DNA of 64,000 nucleotides from assembly GCA_046563655.1 (NCBI GenBank), contig CM102286.1:15314001-15378000 (forward strand). The letters run 5' to 3'. Below the pieces are notes generated by a model, which saw nothing but the letters and a program-made list of their open reading frames with translations, did no database searches and had not been told where the DNA came from. Position numbers and translations under genes: made by a program. Of this stretch, positions 15,113 through 30,620 are shown in pieces. This stretch comes from Yuukianura sp. NJ FZ-2021. Lineage: Eukaryota. Position 1 is the first letter of the stretch; each line of letters opens with the position of its first letter.

Positions 15113-15472
15113 TGAAAATTCATAACTCGGGAACAAAAAGTGATAGAGACGTAAGCTTGACGGTTCTAAATATGCAAAATTATGAAGAATTCTACAAAAA
15201 ATTAAAAACATAACCCAGATTTTTGACGAAATTTCGTAAAAATTGAAGGCTATAGTCTTGGAATTTTTTTTCTTCGTTTTCGACCCTTTTAAAATTTTTA
15301 AAAATTCTTCATATGTGTCAATGTTCTGACGTGAAAGATGAGCAATGTATAGATGAGCATAGATGAGCACTTTCCGTGCCCAAGTTACGATTTTTTTTGA
15401 AATTTTGAACAATTTTGAAAATTCATAACTCGCGAACGAAAAGCAATAGAAAGGTAAACTCATCGGTTCTGA
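15113..15472 (+). repeat. Right copy (15113-15327) and partial third copy (15416-15472) of the flanking direct repeat
   Basis: Same motif order as 1006-1235 with scattered substitutions. Confidence 0.8.
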
Positions 15473-16093
15473 ACTCGCATATTCTTATCGTGTGCAGAAG
15501 GCTTAAGATTCGAAAAATCTAGAAAAAATATTCTCATCGTATGTAGAAGGCTTAAGAATGGAAAAATCCAGAAAAAATATTCTCATCGTTGCCACGGATT
15601 TTCGAAAATTATTGGTTTCGTGACTGTGGGTTCTAAGGGCTAGACGACACTTTTTCCATTCCTCCATTGTTTTGGAGTTAAGAATGTCAATTTAATTCCG
15701 AAGTTTGGACTCGACTACTGCCAGTACGCATGATCCAATGGGCTAATTCGTGGCATCATCTATGTTGAGAGAGAGATCCGAGGAATTTGCGGATTCCGCC
15801 GTTTAGGTAGACCCCTCATCTCGTCGTTTCCTTTCGGAAAGAGTCCGGGGTGTGGAGTAGTGGAAATTCCTGACTGCTGTTCAGTTTGAGCAGTGCATCA
15901 CCCAGTATTCTCTTGTCACTTCAAAACATTTTCAGTTTGACCAAAATGGAACATTAGTCATCGGAACACTACGCACTTCATTACCACAACTTCAAAACAC
16001 TTGGAATATCTCTGGTAACACTCATTAGTCTATCTCAATAACTCAGTCGTTCCATCCTCATTCTGTCCTTCATTCCTAGGTTTGGTGGAGAAG

Positions 16094-19163
<3,070 letters not shown>

Positions 19164-19382
19164 GACACTCAACTGCACAAGTATTATGATCTTAACCCCT
19201 CATCCCACTAACTACTCTCACCATTCCAACTTCATCACTCCTTTTGAGTATGTACACGGATTTCAGTATTCAACACTCCCTCCAATTGCAACAACCCCAC
19301 ATTCCAATCAAATCCCACCAGGATTTAGTTGTCTTTTTATTAATTAAACCTACCCTCTCATCCACTTTGGAGGAAATTGTTG

Positions 19383-19924
19383 TCAGTTGATACGACGGAG
19401 GGCTGCGATGGTTTCTGCGCACTCTCTCATATGGCGAATGTAGAGTTGTTTGTGTTCCAAATCCGTGTCAGAGGGAAGGTTTTCCAAGTGTTGAGTGGCT
19501 GAAGTGATTTCCATGAGGAGCAGAACCTCGGCGGAGTGGAGGGGATGTTGGGGTGTGGTCGTGGGTCCAACGCCTTTCTCACCGCTTTCACTCAACACTG
19601 CAAAAGAAAGGATTTGTGGATTGGATGAAGTGATTTTTAGAGTGAGAGAGTGAGACTGACCTTGAGTTTCGTTGGTGGGTGGCGTCAAGGGCTCGTCTTT
19701 GACTGGTTGGGTGCAGTTGATGCACAGGATGACCCCTTCACGATCTTCAAGCAACACGTTCTGAAATAAAAGCATTGTTTCACTTTTTGTGCATTTTAAA
19801 AAGTAGGAAATGTTGAAAGTACGTTGCATGTGTCACAGGAAGTGGCCAGCATTCGGTAGCCTTTGAGCAGGAGTTGTCCCATGCACTGCGCCACGGCATC
19901 CGACCTTCGCTCATTTGTCCCCAT
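19383..19924 (-). CDS. ZNRD2: SSSCA1/ZNRD2-like zinc-ribbon protein (start codon uncertain)
   Basis: RSDAVAQCMGQLLLKGYRMLATSCDTCNNVLLEDREGVILCINC (CxxC...CxxC) after removing intron 19761-19822. Helical C-terminus ECAETIAAL. Confidence 0.85.
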
Positions 19925-20978
19925 CCCTCTGCAAACAAAAGAACGGGAATTACAAGGGAGTTTGCGCACTGTCATCTCACCAAACACCTCAATTTCTCTC
20001 CTTGTTTCCAAAGGATCATATTCTAAAAACTAAACATCATCTTTTATTTTCTACTCTGACAAACAGTGGGATTTCTTCAGCTGGGTTTCTTCCAAAAACG
20101 TTCCATGCCAAACGGATTCTGTCATGGGCAATTCAATTTCAAATTGGATTTTACCTTCAGACTTCATAATTGACGTTCGTTATTGTTTGAAAGTGGCTCT
20201 TTTTGCTTAATTTCCATCCTGTCAAATTGAAAAGGTTCATGTTCAATTTGACGAATGTGCTAAATTTAGATTCATCTCATAATTCGTCCTTGGGATTTCC
20301 TCAGTGCCAAAAAAGAAATGTCGTAAAGATTGGATTGTTTCTGCGTGTGCCAAATTGTGATTGGGAAGAGGACCCCTCAACATCCCCAAATTCCAACTTC
20401 CTGTTCCCCCAACTAAGAAGGGGGTGAGTTTGCGAATGGTTCTTTGTGACGCAAACTCCCAAAAACGTTATAAAGAGGCCGATCCAACTACGTTTTGGCA
20501 AAACTACGACGCCCTTCCACTTTTTTTTTGACTTGGAACAATGGTTCCAACTTTCACTAACCAACATCTCGATCTGAGCAACCAAGGCGTGCAAAACGCT
20601 ACTTTCAACTCTCTGCAATTCTCTACTATTCAATCTTAAACTTTCCATTTCATTTCAAACAACGCCAAAACTATTCTCGAGTCAACACAGTTTCCATCAA
20701 ATTGACCCGTTTTCAAAACAATCTCGAAAAACAGTTTCCAAAATTCTTTAGAAAAGTTGATTTCAAAGTGCCTAGTTGGTATCTGACTTTGTATGCACTT
20801 TTGATTTGGTGATTTTGATTGAAGAGTGAATGTGAAAGTGTTTGCTAAAAAGTTTGTTAGTTGAGATGGCGAATTTGAATGGACAAGGGGTTGTGTGGGG
20901 ATTTTAGAAAGTGATGACATGACAAGTTGTGTCAAGTCAAACGTTGGAATCCGTCAAACTTTGGATTTTGACAGAAGG

Positions 20979-22920
20979 ATGAAGTGGATTTGCGTAGCGG
21001 TGGGAGTGTTCCTGTGTTGGTTGTGCGCAGTAGTTACTCCCTCCAAAATCCTCATTCTGCATCCTCTCTACTCGGGATCACACGTCCTCACTCTGAGGAA
21101 TCTGGCGGAATCTCTGGCCGCAAGAGGGCACTTCATTCAAATTGTGAGATGGAAGGATGCGCATGTCTTCCCAGCGCAAAACAACCCCAACATCACCACA
21201 ACTACGCTAGCGATGGACAACAGTCAAGGACGCTACCACTTCCTAACGAAGGAGACCGCAGCAGCCTTCCAAGTAAGAACTTGACTCAATCTGCAGTGAC
21301 AACGCTAATTCTTTCATTTTCAGGTTCCCTTTGACATTCTGTGGAACTCTGGCCTTGCATTCTTCAAAGCAGTGTACCAAAGCAGAGAGGGATTCCCGCT
21401 GTTGGCGGAACAGTGCGATGTGTTGCTAGGCAACAACCAACTCATCACTCAACTGGACAGACAGCACTTTGACCTCGCAATCATCGACATCCTGTACAAC
21501 GAATGTGGCCTAGCACTGCTCCACAACCTGGGAGTGCCAGCAGTGGGCTACTGGGCATTCCCCTTTGCCTCTGGAGAAGCTGACTACACAACAGCATTCC
21601 TCCCGCCCTCCCATGTCCCCGCATTCCTCTCCAAACTAGGACAGGACATGAACTTCCTAGAGAGGCTCTACAACTTGGTACTCAAGTTAGGGAGTGACGT
21701 CATGATGTGGATCCACTCCAACAATGTAAACTCTGTCGTCCGCACCCACTTCCCACTCACGCCCCACCCTTTTCAACTCCTCAAGGAACTAAATGGCATG
21801 CTCATCAACACAGACTACGCTCTGGACTACCCCAGACTCCTCCCACCCACCTTCATCAACGTCGGAGGCATGCAGATCCGCAAAACTAACCCACTCCCAA
21901 AGGTCAAACATCAAATTATAAACATCATGCCAAATCTAAACAATTGTTGTATTTGAACAGGACATTGGTGAGTGGATGGACAGGGCAGAGCATGGAGTGG
22001 TCCTCTTCACAATGGGCTTCATCTTCAACCCAAATGTGGTGCCCAGGGACTTTGTGAACACTTTCATGGACGCCTTCAGTCGCCTCCCGCAGAGAGTCCT
22101 CGTCAAGTTCAACGGACCCATTGACTACATTCCTCCAAATGTCAAAGTGCTGGACTGGATTCCGCAACAAGACGTTCTGGGTACACACCAAAAGTAATTT
22201 ACATAAAAGTAACTTTGAGTTCAACTGTGCTCTTTTGCAGCACATCCGAAGACGAAGGTGTTCCTGACGCACTGTGGTCTGCACGGAGTGATGGAGGCCA
22301 TCTACTTTGGAGTTCCGATGGTCGGCATGCCAATCTTCATCGACCAAGGAGACATTCTGGTTCGCATGAAGGAACACGGCATCGCACTCGGATTCAACAA
22401 GGACAACACCACTGCAGCCGAGATCTACAACCTCCTGACAGAAGTGATGACAAACCCCACATTCAAGCAAAACGCCCTCAAACTATCCTTACTCATGAGA
22501 GATGTGAAGGAGACACCGTTCCAAAGGGCCATTGACCTCGTGGAGTTCCTCATTCGACACAAGGGGGCGCACCATCTCAAACTAGCCAGTCGCCATCTCA
22601 ACTACTGGCAGTACTTCTCCATCGACACTCTCGCCTTCCTTTTTGTACTGGCCACAATACTGACTTACTTCCAGTACCTTCTGCTCAAACGCATCTGTCT
22701 CTCCCTCCATCCCCTCCTCACTCCCAAACTACTGGCTACCATCAACTACTTGTTCAAAGACAGGAAAAGAAATAGAACATTGTCTCCGCCACCATCCAAG
22801 TTCCAAAGTGAGCAACTCATTCCTCAATTCCCAACCAAGTTCCTCACGAGACTGGAACTGGACATGAAGGGCACGGAAGTGACTGGCTACAAGTACGATG
22901 AATCCAAGAAAATCATTTAG
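20979..22920 (+). CDS. UDP-glucuronosyl/glycosyltransferase (membrane-bound UGT)
   Basis: Signal peptide, UGT signature [44 protein letters not shown], C-terminal TM helix and KKII end. Exons 20979-21272, 21324-21902, 21961-22180, 22241-22920. Confidence 0.95.
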
Positions 22921-24063
22921 TGGGCACAAACTTCGGAAGGGGGCGCTTGAGTTTACACACCTTTTAACAGTTGTTGCCCTCCGTCCAAAATTCCGTCCCC
23001 AAAAAAGAGGCAAAAACATACTTTTATGGTGCTACACAACGTGGTCACACTATTCAGTCCATTAATACTATGTTTTAGTATCATACACACTAAACAAGGT
23101 ACTTTCTGATAACTTTGAGCCCTTGTTATTACGTTGTCACCTCGAATCTCACAAATTCCCACGCTAAAAGGACTTAATTTTTAGCCGAAAATCCATTAAT
23201 GCTAGAGTTTAATGGAAGCTACCGAGTTGGCACAGATTGTTTATTCTTCAACGTCTGTACTTTGAGTTAGATTTAGTTATGACTTAGAAAAGTTGTTTAA
23301 TTTTCTGAGTGGGACAAAAAGAGAGGACTTGGGTGGGATGGATCAATTTAGTTTGTTTCTTTCTAGTCTCAACATCTTTCCGCCTACCGTTCCAAACCCC
23401 TAACATCCCACTTATTATGCTAAATTACTGCAAAGTTAAGATCCTTAAATTAGTGCAGGTCCAAAAAACTGTGATGAATTTGTATTTGTCCAATTCTGCA
23501 GAGACTAATTGATGGTTTAATTAAATGTTGGGAATCGTTTTGGACGTGAAGATTGGTTGTGAGTGAGATGTTCAGAGCACATGGCATAGACTGCTACTTG
23601 ACGTGAGATCAGCTGTGGATGATGAGATGAGAGGAAATGATGAAGAGGTGTGGAGTGGTTAGTGACGTTGACTTAGTAATCAGTTGTTTCAACTACTAAT
23701 TCCTTCAACACCTAAAACCAGGACCACACAACTACAAACGTTGGAAAGAGATGGATTGACTTACCTTTGGAACCTTGTGATTTTACAGTAGTAGAGTCTT
23801 TGTTGGAGCGTGACTGCTGACTGGTAGCGACACAAGTTTGTGGAACTTGGTGGATGCAGTGCCTGTTGCTTCGTGTCCTCAATAGTGACCAAGAATAGAG
23901 AAGAAGATGAGGGGATGACTGAAGGACCAGTTGACGAGAGTCCCTTTGAAGTTGGCGCCAAAGACGCCGGATTTTGGCAAGTATTTCTCAAGTCACCCAA
24001 CTACTTTGCCCTTCTAAAACGTTTCTGTTTTGTTGTAGACTTGGGTACGAAGGGACTGGGACA

Positions 24064-25467
24064 ATGGCGTTGGGCGGAAGTGCAGAATTTGGTCGGGGAA
24101 TATTGGATCGAAGGAGCCTCTTTGCATGTCTGGGTAAGTGAACCTTGCACGTGGAAGAGAGTAACTGGACGGAATGAAGTGCTAATGTTTCGTTTTTGGT
24201 TTTAGGAGTCGTTGGAATGGGGGCGGTGGGTGGTGGGCTACTGTACATGTTCCACCAATTCCATGCTCAGCACATCCTGCTCAAGAGGTTGATTCGTCAA
24301 GTGGAAGTGCTGGAAGTGGAGGTAGAGAGACTCAAGCAAGTTGTAGGATCTTCATCCAGTCCATCCGCTCAACCCAAACCAAGCAGGAGCATCGCAGATG
24401 ACGACGAATACCTCACGGCAGATGAGGACGAAGAACCGGAAGGGGTCAGCAGTCAGTCGCTCTTCTTTGCCAAAATTGATAGACTTCTGGATGGATCGGC
24501 GGAGGAGCAACAGCGAGCTCAGAGGATTTTCCAGGAAAAAGCAGACGAGGACCAGGTAAAGAATTTATCTGGAAAATCATCTACCTTCACCTTCCCTTTA
24601 AATTGTTCCTTGTCCAGTTTCAGAATTCATCTGAATTTTGGTGGCGACTAGCGAAAAGTACTCATTTCAAAGCGTCGCTTGCAGAAGCTGAAGGGGATCA
24701 AGCTACATTCCAGGAATTAATCAACAAAGGTCACTTTCCAGTTGTAAAACGGAAGCCTTAACCCCTAACCACTTCTTCACTTTGTTTAGGTTTCAAGTAT
24801 GCGGAGAAGGCAGTGGGACTCAATGATGACTCTGCCAGTTGTCACAAATGGTACTACACTAATTAATTAAGATCCATTACCCTCCTCCAAAAGTTCATTT
24901 GGATTTCTTAGGTTTGCAATCCTCTGTGGTTCGAGGTCACAATTCCTGGGGGTCAAGGACAAGATCCAAAGTGGCTACGTTTTCAAGGAGCACGTGGATC
25001 GAGCAATTCGTCTCGATCCCACGGACTCCACTTCCTACTACTTGCTCGGACGCTTCTGTCTCGAGGTAACAATTGAAAACAACTAAAGTCACTTTTGACA
25101 AGAATGTAAAGTAATGATTGTTGAAACAGGTTTCCATGTTGTCGTGGATCGAACGGAAGGTTGCTTCCACTTTGTTTGCTGCCCCACCCACTTCCACTCC
25201 AGAGGAAGCCATGACTTACTTTGCCAAGTCAGAATCCCTCAAGCCTCTCATGGACAATCGACTGTACATGGCCAAGTGCTTCCATGCTCTGGGCAACAAA
25301 GAACAGGCGCTGAGGTGGCTCCACATCGCAGCCTCCATGCCTCCAACGACAGCCACAGTAAGGGCATGACCTTCGTCACTCAAACAACCACCTTCTAATT
25401 GTTTATCTTCTTTTAGGACAAAGCCTGTCTTCAACAGGTCAACAAGTGGAGGACAAAGTTGGAATAA
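24064..25467 (+). CDS. RMDN: Regulator of microtubule dynamics protein (RMDN2/3-like: TM, coiled coil, FFAT-like motif, TPR)
   Basis: EFWWRLAKS, CHKWFAILCG, FKEHVDRAIRLDPTD and LSWIERKVASTLFAAPP across 7 exons with canonical introns. Acidic DDDEYLTADE. Stop TAA at 25465-25467. Confidence 0.9.
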
Positions 25468-25840
25468 GTTACAAACTCCGTCGGAAATGAATATGACACA
25501 AACGTTGGTTTTATATCACCTAATTACTGGCTGAACACATTTCAATTATGTTAACATTACTTAGGTTAAGACAGAGACAACACTATTTTCATATTGATTT
25601 AGTGGGAGGATGAAAGTTCTTGATGTACCTAGGAAGTTAAGATTAAGGATAAACCAGAAAGTTAAGTTTAATTTGTGAAGTAAATTGACGTGGAAGTTGG
25701 AGTGAGGAGTGTTTCAGTTAGCAGAGAGTCTTTGTGTTTGTTTATTTTGAATTTTGATGTGTTTACTTGACCTCTGGAGTTGACTTCGGTGTGAACAGGA
25801 GTGGAAGCCACTTGAGTCTTGTCAATTTGGTTTCTTTTCC

Positions 25841-25975
25841 TTTTATATGAACACGAGAGGAGTAAGATCCTACTCCTTTGCCTCTATTTATAACATTTCT
25901 TTTCCCAAGTGCGGACCGAAAGGCTAACAAGAATTCCTCCACAATTTGATAGGTGGAGGCTATAATACTCTGAAA
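25841..25975. repeat. Copy 1 of a dispersed ~135-165-bp two-hairpin element
   Basis: Shares TTTTATATGA, GAGAGGAGT..ACTCCT, GTGCGGACCGA, TTCCTCCACAA, GGAGG and CTCTGAAA with 28833-28997. Confidence 0.7.
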
Positions 25976-26235
25976 ACAAGGAAACTGCAGACATGCTTAT
26001 CTCAGAATTAGACACAACTCTGCCTTGTGCTTGAGACAAAAGTCCGCCAAATCTTTTGAATTCTTCAAAAAGATTTTAAAAGTTAAAACAAAAAAAAAAC
26101 ACAGAATCAGAAAGCATAGACGAAGACGAAATTAATTAATTAAGGGAGTGAGGTTGATTAATTGTGGTTGGTTAATTAGTTGGATAATGAAAAGTGAGTT
26201 AAGTTTGGATTGGTCAAAGGTCAGTGAGTGGAGCA

Positions 26236-27748
26236 ATGACAAAGGTGCGTGGTCTACTGTTTGTTGTCCTTTGGTACGCCAGCATCCTGTGGAGTGTCTT
26301 CTTCGTCTACTGCCCGCTCGTCCCACTCCTCGTCATCAGTCGAAGATGGTTTCGGAAGTGTACTGACATTGTGCTGGCCTGCTGGGAAATGTATCCTGCA
26401 GTAAGTCTTTTCCAACTCCCATCAAATCCCACTTTAATCCTGATTTCTGTGATTGGCAGGCGATGCTGGAAATACTGCTGGGTTGTCGTGTGTACATCTC
26501 GGGAGACCACATTGATCCCTCTGAAGGGGCCATCCTAGTCATGAATCATCGCAATCGTCTCGACTGGTTCTTCCTCTGGGCTGCACTGCTCCACGCAACC
26601 AAACCGCCACGACACAGGTCACCGACTACTTTCTATTTATGATGGACTTGGACACATCAACAATTCATTCCTGTTCTCCTGTTCCAGGTGTAAATTCGTT
26701 CTCAAGTCTGGAGTCAAAGAAATTCCAGGAATTGGGTGGGGTCTCCAATTGGCTGGATTTCTGTACATTCATCGCAATTGGGATAAAGATCAACGTCTCC
26801 TGGGAAGATCCTTGGACTACTTCAAGGAGTTGGGCTATAACTACCAGGTCACAAAAACTCTTCTGTCGCCTAACTTCTTTTCTTTACAACCATTCAACTT
26901 TCCTCTTCTTTGTAGATCCTCATTTTTCCGGAAGGAACTGATCTTTGCGATGACACCAAGACAAAGAGCAACGCATTCGCAGCGAAGCAATGTCTTCGTC
27001 CATATGAATACGTTCTACATCCTCGAACAACTGGATTCACATTTCTAGTCTCCAGAATGAAACAAAGTAAAGAACATGCTTTCACTTTCAGCTTCTTGTC
27101 TCTTGTTATTACACTTTTCAACTCCCTCTTCATTTTCAGATTCTCAAATCAATGCAGTGTATGACATGACCATCGCTTATCCAAAAACTCTCCCGCAGAG
27201 CGGAGCGGAAGTTATCCAAGGAAAAATTCCAGAAGTTCATTTTTTGATCAAACGGTGAGACAAGAAACCTAAGTTCCATCCAAACATTTAATTTACTTTT
27301 CATTTCTCTCACTTGACGCAGACACGATCTGTCCACTTTGCCAAGTGACGAGGAAGGACTCAAGACTTGGTGTGAGAAGCGCTGGGAAGAGAAGGAAGCA
27401 ACACTCGAGAAATTCTACTGCGCTCCGGCGATGGAGCGGAAACTGTCTTCGTTCCCAGTGCGTGACGAGCCCTGGAACGCCATGTACTTTGTGCTGTGGG
27501 CTTGGACTCTGTGGACATTCTGGACTATTTATGTCACATTTACGAATTGGTATGCTTTCTGCTGGGTCATCTTCTGCACTCTCCTCTTCATCATCCTCTC
27601 CCACTTCACGGATGGAATCCAGCAGCTAGAGATCTCTCTCCACAACTACTTGGCAAACAGTCATGTGGCCAAAGGAGAACAGTCAACACTCAAACTCAAA
27701 ACTTCACCACTCAACACTCTGGGATCCGGTGATCACAAATTGGATTGA
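26236..27748 (+). CDS. LCLAT1: Lysocardiolipin acyltransferase 1-like (AGPAT family)
   Basis: Motifs MNHRNRLDW (HxxxxD), FLYIHRNW, IFPEGTD, LHPRTTGF, AVYDMTIAYP and WCEKRWEEKE, with C-terminal TM segments. Short canonical introns. Confidence 0.9.
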
Positions 27749-27950
27749 TACTTTCAAACGACAAACAACCTGGATCGTCTCTCCTAATTTACGTAGTACT
27801 TACTATTTACTCTGTAAATGAAAATTCAGCTTCCCAGCATTGGATCTCCTACACTCCGATGTATTAAAAGCGAATACGAGTACTACTAATTTGTGAAACT
27901 AACGATGCTTTATCATCCAAAGAAAAAAACAAGTTTTTAGTTAATTACGG

Positions 27951-28599
27951 TTAGAATTGATTGAAGTCTGTTGGTGTTTGGATTTTATTTTCAAAAAGAA
28001 AGATTGGCCTAGGCTCCTGGTCAATTGTCCAGGGATCTGCTCCCACCACACCTTCCTCCTTCAAGTATTTGTCCCAACTAAAGTTGTCGTAGGTGGGTGG
28101 TGGTTCAAGTGGGTGATTGTTGTCTCCACACCTTAACAATCAAACAACAACATTAAGAGACTACAACCAAAATAGAAATGCAAAAACTTACCATCCCGGG
28201 GGGAAAATGTCATAAGAGTCTGCATTCACCCAAAAGTCAAAGATTTCCGAGTAGCCAGTGAGGTGGAGACGGATGCGATAGCCCTGCACATCCACAATGT
28301 TGGCAACACAGAAGAGGCTTTGATGTTGAGGATCCACTGCTTCCAGCATCATCCCGATCCTTAAAAATACAAGATTATCAAAGTAGTATGTTTAGTTAGT
28401 TTAGTTGTTGGAAAATAAAGTTACTTGAAGGGATTTGGACCAGGAAAGGCTGGTTGGCGGAAGAATCGGGATGGAGCTGACTTGGAGTTTGTTTCCTGCA
28501 AATACTTGGGCCAGTTGAATTCAATTAGTGGAGCACATCGCCATGTCCATCAGATGTAACATTCGTCACTCCACTCCCGTCACCGGGAACACCGCTCAT
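27951..28599 (-). pseudogene. Truncated, frameshifted L3MBTL-type MBT-repeat gene fragment
   Basis: Spliced translation FNWPKYL...PFKIGMMLEAVDPQHQSLFCVANIVDVQGYRIRLHLTGYSEIFDFWVNADSYDIFPPGWCGDNNHPLEPPPTYDNFSWDKYL gives one MBT repeat plus the start of a second, then runs to a stop. The upstream ATG frame does not match the MBT frame, which has an in-frame TGA. Confidence 0.65.
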
Positions 28600-28832
28600 T
28601 GTCACTAATCAACAACACATTAGTAAACAAACATTCAAATAATGACTAACATGGAAGCACTTTGACTATCCAGTTAGATGCACACAATGGGTTTACCTGA
28701 AGCGATGTAGTTGTGATGCTTTAAGATTAACCGGAACTCAATTAATCTTAGTACGACCCTTAATTAAACAACTTTAGATTCTCGTTTTTTGTTCTTGTGG
28801 CTGTAGAATGAAGTGATTTTGGCTTGACTTCC

Positions 28833-28997
28833 ATTTTATATGAGAGCGAGAGGAGTTGGATTTACCCCTTGGAGGAGTTGGATCTTACTCCTCTGCAGTA
28901 TTTATGTGAATCTCAATTCCTGGTGCGGACCGACGAGTGGACAAAACTTCCTCCACAACTTCTTTTTTTGTGAATGCGGAGGGCTAATCCTCTGAAA
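28833..28997. repeat. Copy 2 of the dispersed two-hairpin element
   Basis: Aligns with 25841-25975. The first hairpin module is internally duplicated. Confidence 0.7.
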
Positions 28998-29063
28998 TGT
29001 CATAATAGTCATCGCGAGTACTTGCGATATCTACGATTGCTGATTACGCCTAAAGTAATCGAT

Positions 29064-29421
29064 TTAAAATCCTGAATTGTGTTGTCTCGACTTGTAATCG
29101 ATTAGTTCTTTGCCGTATAACGTATTCCGGAGTTTTAATGTGCGTAATTAAGCTAATTAACGCCTATTGTCCTCAAATTCAGTTTTTGCTTAATTACTCA
29201 GTAATTATGCAAATTAAAATTCTGGAATACGTTATCTCGACTTGTAAGTGATTAGTTCTTTGCCGTATTACGTATTCCAGAATTTTAAGATGACGTTTAG
29301 CTCTATTGTCTTAACGCTATTGTGAAAAAAACGCTTTTTTCGTCGGAAAAACGTTTCGGAGATGGCCGAATTTGGTGTCAAAAGATCGGAAATTTAAAAT
29401 AGTATCGATTTTGACACCAAA
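29064..29421. repeat. Palindromic 75-bp units (two copies, period 150) and a further 13-bp inverted repeat; transposon-subterminal-like
   Basis: Units at 29064-29138 and 29214-29288. The second has perfect 19-bp arms TTAAAATTCTGGAATACGT/ACGTATTCCAGAATTTTAA. TTTGGTGTCAAAA/TTTTGACACCAAA at 29371-29421. Confidence 0.8.
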
Positions 29422-29527
29422 GTCTCGCCTATCGGTGGATTTTGCAGTTTTTTTTTGCAAAAAACATGATTTTTTTGCGAAAAAACACAACATAAATACA
29501 AGTTTTGATTCCTTTGCTTCCAGTGTT

Positions 29528-29599
29528 GGCATAGTAGCTTACAGGTATAGAGCGGGCCTGTTTAGCACTATGGACGGTGGTTCGAATCCACCCAGCGGT
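29528..29599 (+). mobile_element. tRNA-derived sequence (SINE head or tRNA pseudogene) with Pol III A and B boxes
   Basis: TAGCTTACAGGT A-box with D-arm GCTT/GAGC, and T-arm GGTGG-TTCGAAT-CCACC. Acceptor and anticodon stems do not pair. Confidence 0.7.
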
Positions 29600-29749
29600 G
29601 TGGGTATTTCGAGATGCCGTAGCTATGCACCAGGCTCTCCTACCCCCCGTGTTGTTTGTTTGGGGGGTAGGGGGGCCTGGGGGTGGTAGGGCATGGGGGG
29701 AAGTAGGCTAAAAAATAGAAAATTAATAATTAAATTAATTTTTTGTTCT

Positions 29750-30620
29750 AAGTTCAATTTCTTTCAAAGTACTTTTTCCCACGCTCAGTTTTTTCCCACG
29801 GTCATTTTTTCAAAGTTCAATTTTTTTCAAAGTTCATCTTAGTTTACCACACTTAGTTTTTTTCCCACACTCGTTTTTTTCCCACAGTCATTTTTTTTAA
29901 AGTTCATTCTTTTTCACAGTTTATTCTAGTTTCGCACGCTCAGTTTTTTCCCACCGTCATGTTTTCTTAAGTTCATTTTTTTTTTCAAAGTACACTTTAG
30001 TTTCCCACGCTCAGTTTTTTCCCACACTCGTTTTTCTTTCAAAGTTCATTTTGTTTTCCCACATTCATTTTTTTCCAAAGTTCAACTTATTTTCACAATT
30101 TCATTTTTTTCCCACAGTCATTTTTTTTTCGAAGTTCATTTTACTGTGTCATCTTTAATTTCTTCCGACGTTGAGTTTTATTTCAAAGTTCAATTTATTT
30201 TCTCACCGTCATTTTTTCCCCACGTTCATTTTTTCCAATAGTCATTTTTTTCAGAGTCCATTATATTTTCCCATATTCATTTTTTTCCACAGTCATTTTT
30301 TTTTCAAAATTCATTTTATATCCCCACCTTAATCATTTTCCCACAATCACTTTTTCTCCACCGTCATTTTTTTCACAAAGTTCATTTTATGTTCACAACT
30401 CCTTTTTTTCCCGACAGTCATTTTGTTGAAAGTTCAGTTTATTCTGACACCTTCATTTTTTTCAAAGTTCAATTTACTTTACCATATTAATCTTTTTTCC
30501 ACAGTCCCTTGTTTTCAAAGTTCAGTTTATTCTCCCACCTTCGTTATTTTCTCAGTCAATTTTTTCTCACGTTCATTTGTTCAAAGTTCAATTTTTTCAC
30601 AAGTTCACGTTTTTTTTCAG
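29750..30620. repeat. Degenerate T-rich minisatellite (TTTTTCCCAC.GTCA / TTTTCAAAGTTCA motifs)
   Basis: Dozens of alternating motif copies with strong strand asymmetry. Confidence 0.85.

Noticed and set aside
15077..15463. 128-aa minus-strand ORF
   Set aside because: It lies in the AT-rich flanking repeat and has a low-complexity F/K/I composition.
29528..29599. Functional tRNA gene
   Set aside because: Acceptor and anticodon stems cannot pair.
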